Assembly (NCBI RefSeq): GCF_001194135.2
Contig: NC_068984.1
Span: forward strand, 121,851,428 to 121,889,598
Origin: Octopus bimaculoides
Taxonomy: Eukaryota
Direction: 5' to 3'
DNA length: 38,171 nucleotides
The translations under genes and the position numbers were made by a program. This document shows positions 11,302-21,515 of this stretch, in pieces (the stretch's first letter is position 1; every line of letters begins with the position of its first letter). The notes below the pieces were generated by a model. It saw only the letters and a program-made list of their open reading frames with translations, was not told the origin of the DNA and made no database searches.

Positions 11302-12143
11302 CTGCAATAAATAAATATCAATTTGGTTAAGCAGAGAAAAAAATATTTATATGAAATAATATTTAAAATTCAGAAAGTTTCAGTCGGTTATATATTAATC
11401 TTATACATCTTTTTCTGTGACCCACAAAAACATCAGACAAAAACCTCTACTTTTTGAAGCTGCATGCAGCTTACTGGTTAAACTCTCAATTTCATGGGAA
11501 CCAAGAGCCATCTCGTTTCATAGTTTGTGCTTCCCTGGAGTCAGAAACCATCTTAAGTTAGAACTTGTGTGTCACTGGAGCCAGGATCTCTTTCATGGTA
11601 GGGCTATGTTTTACTGGAGCTAGAGACCATTTCAGTTCTAGATCAGTATGTTTGTCACCTCCATTCACACTCACAAAATCCCAAAAGATTTACATAAAAC
11701 AGGAGTCTACACGAAAGGAATTTTACAATCACAGAACTCATTCAATATATGAAATTTTGAAAAAAAAAAATGCATCAAGAAAAAAAGCAAACAGAAATCA
11801 GAACTATTCTTCAGCCTGAACCCACTTCCATTACATTCAAAATATTTATCTTTAACAAAAACTATTAGTTGTAGAAAAATAATGTAGTCCATTGTTTCTG
11901 GCTTTGAGCTATAGCTGGCCTGGTCAGTTTGATACCAACTATTTGTGCCACATAAGTACACCAGCTGAGCACTTTGAAATGATTCAGTCACCTACAAGTA
12001 CAGCACTCAGTAGGAATTAAAAACATTCATGCATATTTTCTTTTGGAGAAAGATCAGCTCTACTACATCAATTCCACACTCTACTATGAAAAGCACATTT
12101 GCTAGAAGTTGCAGACTTATGGTCATGCATGTTAGGCCAACAT

Positions 12144-12294
12144 TTAACCCTTTAAAATTTAAACCTGCCATGTCCGACTTCTCACACCAACACTAGTATA
12201 TCATTCAGAAAGTAAACAATCACATTATCAAAATCTGGAATGTGAATAAATAAGCATTATGTTTGACAGAACAGTCAGAATGCTAAAGAGTTAA
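12144..12294. mobile_element. piggyBac-like MITE, internally deleted
   Basis: TTAA-CCCTTTAAAATTTAAA ... GAATGCTAAAGAG-TTAA; internal TGTGAATAAATAAGCATTA shared with the 3466 copy. Confidence 0.7.
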
Positions 12295-12332
12295 ACAAGA
12301 ATTCTAAATAATGAAAAAGTAATAGCAAGTAC

Positions 12333-12504
12333 CTCAAGCACCAACTTGATGTTGGCTTTCACTTTTGCAGCCTGTTTAGTAAGAATATCTGCCTTTTCAT
12401 TCAATAATTGAGTTTTCTGGTCAATAAATTTGAGTGCTTGTTGGAAGGTAAAGTCCACAAAGAAGCCATAACCCACAGAAACAAAAATGGAACTAGTTTT
12501 GTGT
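12333..12504 (-). CDS. UXT: UXT exon 4
   Basis: TTGCAG acceptor, GTACTT donor, 172 nt. Encodes (V)HKTSSIFVSVGYGFFVDFTFQQALKFIDQKTQLLNEKADILTKQAAKVKANIKLVLE, matching UXT [25 protein letters not shown]. Confidence 0.95.
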
Positions 12505-12750
12505 CTGCAAGAAATGCAAGAATAAATGCCAAAGTATTAATTTTTAAATTCAAAGAATTTATTCCATGCCACAACAGTTACAAAGAGATTTTTAAGATGA
12601 ATTCTTAAAACAAAGTAAATCGTTAGCAGTTGTGAGAATATACCAACAAATATCTTAATGAACTAACAACTATCACAGTGAATTCTATATGGATGTTCAA
12701 CTTAACAACAAAAAAAAACAGAAAACAGTAGCAACCAAATATCCCTAAAA

Positions 12751-12927
12751 TCATCATCATCATCGTTTAACGTCCGCTTTCCATGCTAGCATGGGTTGGA
12801 CGATTTGACTGAGGACTGGTGAAACCGGATGGCAACACCAGGCTCCAATCTGATTTGGCAGAGTTTCTACAACTGGATGCCCTTCCTAACGCCAACCACT
12901 CCGAGAGTGTAGTGGGTGCTTTTACGT
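12751..12927 (-). mobile_element. RTE-type 3' end, 5'-truncated, young copy
   Basis: (CAT)n CGTTTAACGTCCGCTTTCCATGCTAGCATGGGTTGGACG...GATGCCCTTCCTAACGCCAACCAC; differs by only a few bases from the copies at 31151 and 36193. Confidence 0.85.
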
Positions 12928-13383
12928 TTCACTCTCACACTGATTTCTAAAAATTAAAATAAAAAAGTGTATAACTAGAAATACTTTATCTAAAAGGTTT
13001 GCAAGATTAAGGCTGACCTGAGGCTAAACAACTACATATAAACCATATAATCATAGAAAAATGGATATGAAGTAACAATCATTGCACTTCTAACTGGGCT
13101 AACCCAATGCAAGTTGTGTTAGCCCTGTTAACATAATAAGATAGGAAGAATGAACTAACAAAATCTGTTTCTCTATCATGTCTCTTTGTTGAGATAGTGA
13201 TAAGCTGACAGGACTGTTGGAGTATCGAACAAAATTCACCAATGTCAACTTTGCTTCTCATCTTTACAGGGTCATTAAAATAAAGTGCCAATCAATGTAA
13301 TTAACTATCCCACTCACGCTAAAATTGCTGGCCTTCTGCTAAAATTTGAAACCATGACTATTGTTAGTCTTATTAAAAGACAG

Positions 13384-13795
13384 AAAGGTGGCAAGCTGGC
13401 AGAATCGTTAGCAGAGTGGAAATGCTTAGCAGGATTTCACCTGTCGCTACATTCTGTGTTGAAATTCCACCGAGGTCAACTTTGCCTTTCCTCTTTCAGG
13501 GTCAATAAACCCAGAACCAGTTGACTACTGGAGTCGATGTAATCGACTAGTCCCCTCCCGCAAGATTTCAGGCCTTGTGTCTATAACAAAGGATTAATAA
13601 AAGACAGAGAGCTAGCAGAACAGTTAGCATGTTTGGAAAGATGTTTAGTGGCATTTTTTTTTCAGCTTTACTTACTGAGATCAAATAATGCTGAGGTTGA
13701 CTTTGCCAGTACAAGGTGAGCACTAGGGTCACTGTAATCAACTAGTCTCCTCTCCCAACAGTTCAGGCCTTATGCCTGAAGTAGAAAGGATTTAT
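13384..13795 (+). mobile_element. Two adjacent family B SINEs
   Basis: Two collinear copies beginning GGCAAGCTGGCAGAATCGTTAGC and GAGCTAGCAGAACAGTTAGC, each ending GGCCTT(G/A)TG...AAAGGATT. Confidence 0.75.
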
Positions 13796-13884
13796 TATCA
13801 ATTTACTGGTTGGTCAGGACTGGCCATGCTGGAACACCACCTTCAACTTGATACACTAGTAAACAAAAAGTGTGCACATATAGG

Positions 13885-14322
13885 TGTAGGCATGGCTGTG
13901 TGGTAAGAAGCTTGCTTCTCAACCACACGGTTCCAGATTCAGTCCCACTGTGTGGTATCTTGGGTGTCTTCTACTACAGCCTCATGCCAACCAAAGCCTT
14001 GTGAGTGGATTTGGTAGACAGAAACTGAAAGAATCCTGTCGTGTCAAATTACCAAGATCTTTAGCAATATGCCATGCTTAAGAAAACCCATCAAGCCAAG
14101 TGAAATGTTAGTTGTGGCAGATATTGGTGTCATGCAAATGGCAACCATGTCAGCACCCATTACACTCTTGGAGTGGTTGGCATTAGGAAGGGCATCCAGT
14201 CATAAAAAACCATACAGAATCAGACTGAACTTAGTGCAGCCCCTCAGCTTACCAGCCCTGGTTAAACCATTCAACCTATGCCAGCATGGACAACGAACAT
14301 TAAACGATGATGATGATGATGA
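13885..14322 (+). mobile_element. Family A SINE head followed by an RTE-type 3' end
   Basis: Head 13885-14042; then CAAGCCAAGTGAAATG...AGGAAGGGCATCCAG...GCCAGCATGGACAACGAACATTAAAC(GAT)n. Confidence 0.7.
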
Positions 14323-14811
14323 TGATATACACTATCTAGTCAGTATACTTTTAAATAGATATACTCTGACTGGGTTCCCATGTATCTCCTCTACAGCAAA
14401 ACACCTGTTTCTATCCCTCTGTCACACTCTAACCTCTCATCGCCTGGCACTAGGCCACCTCCTCCAATACCCCCACCCTGCATCCTCTTAAAGGATCTTC
14501 ATTTTGCAAGTCACTTGGTGACCCCACCAGTGCTGGTGCACCCAGTCTGTACTGCAAAGTAGTTAATGTTTGGAACAGCATCCAGTTGTAAAAACCCAGC
14601 CAAAACAAACAGTGAAGCCTGGTGAAGTCTTTTGCCAGGCCAGTTCCTGTTGAATCATCCGACCCATGCCAACATAGAAAAGAGACGTTAAATGATGATG
14701 ATGAATATGATATTATTATGTTTCTAATAAGTATATTATTATGTTATCTAATAAGTTTAATATCATTTATATACTATCTCGTCAATATCCATGTTTACCT
14801 TCAGGCATGAC

Positions 14812-15240
14812 TATAGGTGCAAGTATGAACTGTGTGGTTAAGAAGCTTTCCAACCATGTGGTCTTGGGTCCAGTCCCACTGCATGGCACCTTGGGCAAGT
14901 GTCTTCTACTAAAGCCATGGGACAACTAAAATCTTGTGAGTGGATTTAGTAAATGGGAAATGAAAGAAGTTCATCATGCATGTGTATGTGTGCACATGTC
15001 TGTGTACTTTTGTCTAGACATCATGTGATGGTTGTAAACGAGCATCATTGTCATATAAGTGAGGTTGTTCATTTCCAATCTTCCCTGAAAAACATGTCTA
15101 GCTACGGGAAAATAAAAACCTTGCTTGGTAACAGTTGAGGGTCAGTGACAAGAAGGGCATCTGACCTTAGGAAATCTGCCTCAATAAATTCCACCTGACC
15201 CATGAAAGCATGGAAAAGTGGACAGTAAATGATGATGATC
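14812..15240 (+). mobile_element. Family A SINE head with RTE-type tail
   Basis: Same architecture as 9512-9890: head, short TG-rich linker, AAGAAGGGCATCTG...CCCATGAAAGCATGGAAAAGTGGACAGTAAAT(GAT)n. Confidence 0.7.
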
Positions 15241-15579
15241 TTCAATATATAGATTTACATTGTTGTTTAGTCAATTAAGCTATAAAACAAGCTGTTAGTT
15301 TGCTCTAGTTTGTGTGAGTGAAAAATAAAATGAACAGGCTCCAAGCTCCACTTCACAGATGAGTGTCAGTGGCTGGAAAGGCATCCATCCACCTGTAAAA
15401 GCAACTACTCCAATAGATAAACAATCTCACTCATATATGCAAGGAAAACATATGTTAGTCTTAAAATATATTTTCTTACTTTCTTTCAGATGACTTTTTT
15501 TATTATATAAATGTAATCCATTAGTTTATTATTAAGATATGATGTATAAACAAAACAATAACATATATATTCAACTTAC

Positions 15580-15653
15580 ACTTTAGCTTGGACATAAAAA
15601 TTACAACCGAGATCTACTTGTGTCTTAAGTTGCTCATCTTTTGGATCCAAGTC
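15580..15653 (-). CDS. UXT: UXT exon 3
   Basis: TCTTTAG acceptor, GTAAGT donor, 74 nt. Encodes DLDPKDEQLKTQVDLGCNFYVQAK(V), carrying the UXT VDLGCNF signature. Confidence 0.95.
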
Positions 15654-16154
15654 CTAAAGAATATATAAAATAATAATTATATACAACACAATATAAAATA
15701 ATTTGAACACTAAAATGATATATGTACACTATACTCTACTAAATAAACAACTCTGTTATACTAAGTAATACTAAACAGCATATAATACCATACAACACAA
15801 TGCACTACTCTATAAAATTCAATATTATAGAGTAGTATTAAGATGGCAAGCTGACAGAATCGTTAGCATGCCAGGCAAAATACTTAGCAGTATTCACTTG
15901 TAGCTTCACACCATGCAAGCCCAGCAGAGATCTAGTTCTGTCTCTAACTTTCTTGTACATGAGAAGGCAAAACTGGATTTTATGGTTACCAGTAGCATGT
16001 TTCCATCAGCCTATGAATGGAATTAGTTCTGACCTGACATCAATATTTAAACAGAATATTAAAAAGCTGAAGTTGAATAAAGTATGTAATGTATGTGTCT
16101 TTGTAGAGCCACCGTTATATTCACTTTTACTTAATTGTTATTTTTCATAATATC

Positions 16155-17105
16155 ATCGTCATCATCATTTAATGTCCATTTTCCATATTGGCAGGGTTGA
16201 ATGGTTTGACAGGAACTGGTAAGTCAGAAGACAGCACCAAGTTCTATTATCTCCTTTGGCATGGTTTCTATGGCTTGATGCCCTTCCCAATGCCAACCAC
16301 TTTACAAAGAGTATTGGGTGCTTTTTACGTGGCACCAGCAGTAGTGAGATCACTAAATAATTTACAAGACAAAACCCCCTCAGCTGAGTGGGGGAGTAGT
16401 ATTGAAGAAGGTCACTTTGTGTCAGATGGGAGGTTAGAATACGAGTAGAGGGATAGGAATAGGCATTTTGCAGTAAAGGAGATACACAGCTACTTCAGTA
16501 GGAGAGATGGAGAGAAGAGGGAGAGAGGAACAAGAGAAGATGGTGATACTGATATGTCCAGGAAGTAGTGTGCATGTTTGTGTGTGTGTGTGTGTATGTA
16601 TGTGTCCCCTTATCTTGACATTGCATAATGGTTGTAAATGAGCATTGTTCATTTCCAGTTTTCCATGGGAAATATGTTGACCCATGGGGAAATATTACTG
16701 TGTTTGAAAACAGGTGAAAGCTGGTGACAAGAAAAATCTGCCTTAACAAATTCTATCTAAACCATGCAAGCATGTAAAGTCATCATCATCGTTTAACGTC
16801 TGCTTTCCATGCTGGTATGGGTTGGACGGTTTGACTGAGGACTGGCAAGCCAGAAGGCTGCACCAGGCTCCGATCTGATCTGGCAAGGCTTCTACAGCTG
16901 GATGCCCTTCCTACTGCCAACTACTCCAAGAGTTTAGTGGGTGCTTTTTACATGCCACCAGCATGAGGGCCAGTCAGGCAGCACCTGGCAACAACCACAC
17001 TCGAATGGTGCTTTTTACATGCCACTGGCACGGTGTCAGTCAGGCAGTACTGGCATCAGCCACAACAATGATTTCACTTGACTGAACAGGTTTTCTCAAG
17101 CACAG
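16155..17105 (-). mobile_element. RTE-type 3' ends in UXT intron 2 (copies near 16155-16340 and 16780-17105, with a SINE remnant between)
   Basis: Both copies start with (CAT)n TTTAA(C/T)GTC and contain GATGCCCTTCC..TGCCAAC.AC. Confidence 0.75.
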
Positions 17106-17220
17106 TTTATTGCCCAATGATTGAAGGGTACTCTTAAATGGGCCAGTTATGGAAAATTGAAAATTAAAATGCTGATGATAACAAAGCAATATTTTTATAT
17201 ACTGATTTCTAATTACTAAC

Positions 17221-17302
17221 CTGCAATCGTTCAATCATAGACTTTAATTGTAAGTATTCTGAAATTTCTCCATAAATAGTCTCTCGCTGCTCCAATATGT
17301 TC
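17221..17302 (-). CDS. UXT: UXT exon 2
   Basis: CGTAG acceptor, GTTAGT donor, 82 nt. Encodes (K)NILEQRETIYGEISEYLQLKSMIERLQ, compared with human [27 protein letters not shown]. Confidence 0.95.
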
Positions 17303-17683
17303 CTACGATAATCAAAAATAAAACATTTATTAATTTTTATGGATTTTTAAGAATATAATTTTTGACACTATTAACCTCATTCTTTTGAGATATATGAATT
17401 TTTTGTTAATATTTACATTTACATTAAATAATCTAGATATTCAAAAAAAATGTTCACATCTCATCTGAAATATTTTGAAGATTTGTCTGGAATTAAGACC
17501 TAATTTAATATTGCTTACAGAACAATGAAATATATAAATATATTCTTATTTCACTGATTTTACAGTTATGGAACTATCTTGCTTTTTTCCTTGCCCTTGT
17601 AGGAATCTTGCAGGCGTGAAGTGGATTCGATCCACTATACACAAATTTGAATCAGATATATGAAGTAACTTGGGATCACTTAC

Positions 17684-17751
17684 TTCAAATCAGTCCGTAA
17701 TCGCTCATTTAGAAAAGTTTCGTAGCTCAATACTTTCTCATCTGTCTGCAT
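17684..17751 (-). CDS. UXT: UXT exon 1 coding part (start codon)
   Basis: ATG at 17751-17749 in the context ACC-ATG, GTAAGT donor. Encodes MQTDEKVLSYETFLNERLRTDL, compared with human EKVLRYETFISDVLQRDL. The five exons total 462 nt = 153 aa plus stop. Confidence 0.93.
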
Positions 17752-17811
17752 GGTTAAGGTATAAATACAATATATATATATATATATATATAAGCTGTTC
17801 CGAGACCTTTA

Positions 17812-17844
17812 AATTCCTCGCTCGACAAGGGAGAGCGAGGAATT
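17812..17844. other. Perfect 12-bp inverted repeat (hairpin) just upstream of the UXT start codon
   Basis: AATTCCTCGCTC (17812-17823), 9-nt loop GACAAGGGA, GAGCGAGGAATT (17833-17844). Confidence 0.8.
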
Positions 17845-18119
17845 AAATAAAAACATGAATCAGGGGAGAAAACTATATCCAATTTCCGTTTATTCAGACT
17901 TACTTCTGTAGCTACTAATTAACCTAAGTAAAGTGTATCTTTATTTTCATATATAACTTATAAAGATGTACGTTTTTTTAGAACATTTTCATTTTATGAG
18001 ATTTTGCTGTCAAATTCTTTAATTAACATAAACATTTATTTATATGAAAGAAAATTTCCGGAGGACTTCTAATTCTTTTAAATCTTTCTTTTAAAATTAT
18101 TGAAACTATTTGTGGAGAA

Positions 18120-18640
18120 TTTTTTTTTTTACAGCAACCAGTTGCACACCACGAGGTTCAACGGAACCTACTGAAGCAAGCCAGCACACTCACAGCAATT
18201 ACCACGGGCGATCGCGTGGCTAAGGCGTTGGGAAAGCCAAGTGCCCTCACGGACATCACCAGATAACCTCGGTGTGGCGAACGGCCAAAGTTGACAAATA
18301 CTTCGCAGTTAGTCGCCCAGTCCCTCCGAACGTATCAAACGCCACAGGCTGGAAGAGATAGATCACTGTCAGGTCCCGATACTTCAGGGGTGGTGTCCCA
18401 TTCCACTACGAAAGCAGTGACCCTTCTATTAACTGTAGCATTCAGGATGTGGGAGTAAACAAAGGAGTCGCACAATATGGCGTTCCAAACGAGACCACAA
18501 CCTCTAACCCAGGGACTACCTGGTCTCTTTCCATCACTTCTGGATAACCCTGGTGGCTCCAGAACTGTGGGGATATTAATTCAAGCCAGGGTCCGCTTAA
18601 TGATTAGGTTTAGCTCGGTGTGACAAGCGAAGTGACCAGT
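18120..18640 (-). mobile_element. Decayed CRE-clade non-LTR retrotransposon 3' fragment (restriction-like endonuclease region) with A-tail
   Basis: Minus-strand translation with stops and frameshifts gives HTELNLIIKRTLA*INIPTVLEPPGLSRSDGKRP-G-SPWVRGCGLVWN...KYRDLTVIYLFQPVAFDTFGG...GDVREGTWLSQRLSHAIARGN, then an A run. These match the CRE motifs EP.GL.R.DGKRPDG, W..G..LVWD, KY..L, P.A.ET.G and QR.S.A..RGN. Confidence 0.82.
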
Positions 18641-19110
18641 ACATTGTCAAATAATACAATGTAAGTCTTTCACATGCCATCATCAACAACTATTAATATG
18701 GCATTCAAAACAGGGATGGTCTACTTCTCTATATTGCACACAAATGATCTAGCTTTTGATAACTAATGGTTAAAATCAAGGCTTTTTTGTTTGATATGGA
18801 AACAGCCTCTTCAAATTCTCGCTAGATTGTATCTGGAACTTTCCATCTGGACTTGAAGTTATGTACACACATAAATACATGTGTGTGTGCACAACATCAA
18901 CAAAAATGGTTTGCCACATAGAAAAGAACAATGGAAACAGGTGATAGCAGTGGAAGCAGGTTTTCACATGATGAGTTAGATGAAACAGATGTTCAGTATG
19001 ATGCTCACAACATATGGAATTGACAGACCTCATCTATTCTAGCATGAATACGAAACCACTATGTCAGACTATCTGAACCAATCCAGGTTGCAGATATATA
19101 TACATATTTT

Positions 19111-19431
19111 ATTCTTTTACTTGTTTCAGTCATTTTCACTGTGGCCATGCTGGAGCACTGCCTTTAATTGAACAAATGGACCCCCACTTTTGCTGAACTG
19201 CTAAGTTATGGGGACATAAACACACCAACATCGGTTGTCAAGCGATGGTGAGGAGGGACAAATACATACGACAGGCTTCTTTCAGTTTCAGTCTACCAAA
19301 TCCACTCACAAGGCTTTGGTTGGCCCAAGGCTATAATAGAAGGCACTCACCCAAGGTGCCATGCAGTGAGACTGAACCCGGAACCATGTGGTTAGGAAGC
19401 ATGCTTCTTACCACACAGCCACTCCTGCGCC
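19111..19431 (-). mobile_element. tRNA-derived SINE, family A
   Basis: Collinear with 5367-5752; the head ends at the N gap. Confidence 0.8.
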
Positions 19432-19949
19432 NNNNNNNNNNNNNNNNNNNNNNNNNNNNNNNNNNNNNNNNNNNNNNNNNNNNNNNNNNNNNNNNNNNNN
19501 NNNNNNNNNNNNNNNNNNNNNNNNNNNNNNNNNNNNNNNNNNNNNNNNNNNNNNNNNNNNNNNNNNNNNNNNNNNNNNNNNNNNNNNNNNNNNNNNNNNN
19601 NNNNNNNNNNNNNNNNNNNNNNNNNNNNNNNNNNNNNNNNNNNNNNNNNNNNNNNNNNNNNNNNNNNNNNNNNNNNNNNNNNNNNNNNNNNNNNNNNNNN
19701 NNNNNNNNNNNNNNNNNNNNNNNNNNNNNNNNNNNNNNNNNNNNNNNNNNNNNNNNNNNNNNNNNNNNNNNNNNNNNNNNNNNNNNNNNNNNNNNNNNNN
19801 NNNNNNNNNNNNNNNNNNNNNNNNNNNNNNNNNNNNNNNNNNNNNNNNNNNNNNNNNNNNNNNNNNNNNNNNNNNNNNNNNNNNNNNNNNNNNNNNNNNN
19901 NNNNNNNNNNNNNNNNNNNNNNNNNNNNNNNNNNNNNNNNNNNNNNNNN
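19432..19949. other. Assembly gap (N run)
   Basis: Continuous N. Confidence 1.
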
Positions 19950-20169
19950 ATGCGATCCATAGGAATCGGCGATGTTAAAAATGTAAACTTCTCCTCAGGG
20001 AAATGTATGGGAACCAGCTTAAACGTAAGACATTATAACCGTCTTGCGTTTAAGCTGGTTCCCATACATTTCCCTGAGGAGAAGTTTGTCTTACGTTTAA
20101 GCTGGTTCCCATACATTTCCCTGAGGAGAAGTTTACATTTTTAACATCGCCGATTCCTATGGATCGCAT
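19950..20169. repeat. Long palindrome: perfect 82-bp inverted arms with an internal 47-bp tandem duplication
   Basis: Left arm 19950-20031, spacer ATTATAACC, partial right-arm copy 20041-20087 (one mismatch), full right arm 20088-20169, which is the exact reverse complement of the left arm. Confidence 0.92.
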
Positions 20170-20526
20170 AAATTGTAATTCTTTGAAACACATGTCGGAA
20201 TAAAAGTATGCAGTTATAACATGCGTTTACTCCATTCTTTAAATTTATATATACTCAAATACCCAAAATATCAAGGAGTTTCTGCCTCACAAACAGGAGT
20301 TACACTACAGTTATTTTGCAATCTTTGCTACCCTGGTTTCTATTAACCCATTTATTTTATCCAAATTATTCTTAATTAGGAGAAAATAAATACATATAAT
20401 TAAATATATATATATATATATATATATGTATATGTATGTATGTATGTATGTATATATATATATGTAGGCACAGGAGTGGCTGTGTGGTAAGAAGCTTGCT
20501 TCCTCACATGGTTCCGGGTTCAGTCT

Positions 20527-21018
20527 CACTGCACGGTACCATTCAACTCATGTGGTACCCAAACATCGTAGCGATTTGTGTACCCAAGCTTTACCAGGTG
20601 TTCATGAACGATGGATTTTGATAGGTTAAGGCTTTCTGTCAATTCTTGGGTTGTGCAATGTGGGTTATTCTCAATTAATGACTTGATTTGGGCATCGTCT
20701 GTAGTGGATGGTCTGCCTGATCTGGAACCTTGCAAACCACTTCCGTACAGTTCTTTCGGAAAAAGAAACATCACTGTAAACTGCACATATTTCTTTGGTT
20801 GCTTTACAGAAAAAGAAAAGCATCAAGTGCTGAAAATGAACTTTCTTATCTTCCATTTTAAAGGGTTACAGAATTAACACAGGTTATAGGAACATAAACA
20901 TTCTTCCATGAAAGGATAGCTTAAACTGTGCTCTAAATGGAGGTGTATTTTATGGACTCAACCATGTTCTAAAATAAGTCGAAATGCTACTATAAATCAG
21001 CACGAACTTTCCGGACAA
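20527..21018 (-). mobile_element. Mariner DNA transposon, 5' fragment (TIR remnant plus decayed transposase N-terminus)
   Basis: The minus strand gives MEDKKVHFQHLMLFFF...ATKEICAVY...ERTVRKWFARF, then after a frameshift SGRPSTTDDAQIKSLIENNPHCTTQELTESLNLSKSIVHEHLVKLGY...WVPHEL. WVPHEL and the HTH region are mariner hallmarks. TIR-like TTGTCCGGAAAGTTCGTG next to a TA run at about 21018. Confidence 0.9.
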
Positions 21019-21099
21019 TATATATATCATCATCATCGTCATTTAACGTCCGCTTTCCATGCGAGCATGGGTTGGACGATTTATATATATATGTATAAG

Positions 21100-21515
21100 C
21101 TGTGCTTGAGAAGACCCATCAAGCCAAGTGAAATCATAGTCATGGTCGATGCTGGTGTCATGTAATTGGCACGTAAAAAGCACCATTTGAACATTGGACC
21201 TCATGGAGGCAATGTGGCCAATGCTGGTGTTATGTAACATGCACCTGTGCTGGTGGCATGTAAAGAGCACCATTCGAGTGCCAGGCCTCACGGAGACAAT
21301 GTCACCAACACCAGTGTCACATAACTGATATTCGTGCTTGTGGCACATAAAGGCAATCATTACACTCTTGGAGTGGTTGGTGTTAGGAAGCACATCCAGC
21401 CATAGAGACCATGCCAAATCAGACTGGAGTCTGGTGCAGCCCCTCAGCTTACCAGCCATGGTTAAACCATCCAACCCATACCAGCATGGACAACAGACAT
21501 TAAATAAGGATGATG
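21100..21515 (+). mobile_element. RTE-type 3' UTR with internal tandem units and GAT tail
   Basis: GTGCTTGAGAAGACC..CAAGCCAAGTGAAATC, repeated GGCAC/ATGTAAA.AGCACCATT units, then AGGAAGCACATCCAG...CCAACCCATACCAGCATGGAC...GATGATGAT. Confidence 0.75.

Noticed and set aside
11707-11991. Minus-strand ORF with an AG acceptor at about 11992 as the UXT last exon
   Set aside because: No similarity to the UXT C-terminus; 11301-11236 matches GLRELQ and gives the expected length.
13079-13291. Minus-strand ORF containing KVDIG, resembling UXT VDLG
   Set aside because: The true VDLGCNF exon is at 15580-15653 with correct splice sites and phases; the resemblance does not extend.
19245-20144. Long ORFs of 196-299 aa
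   Set aside because: Artefacts of translating through the N gap.
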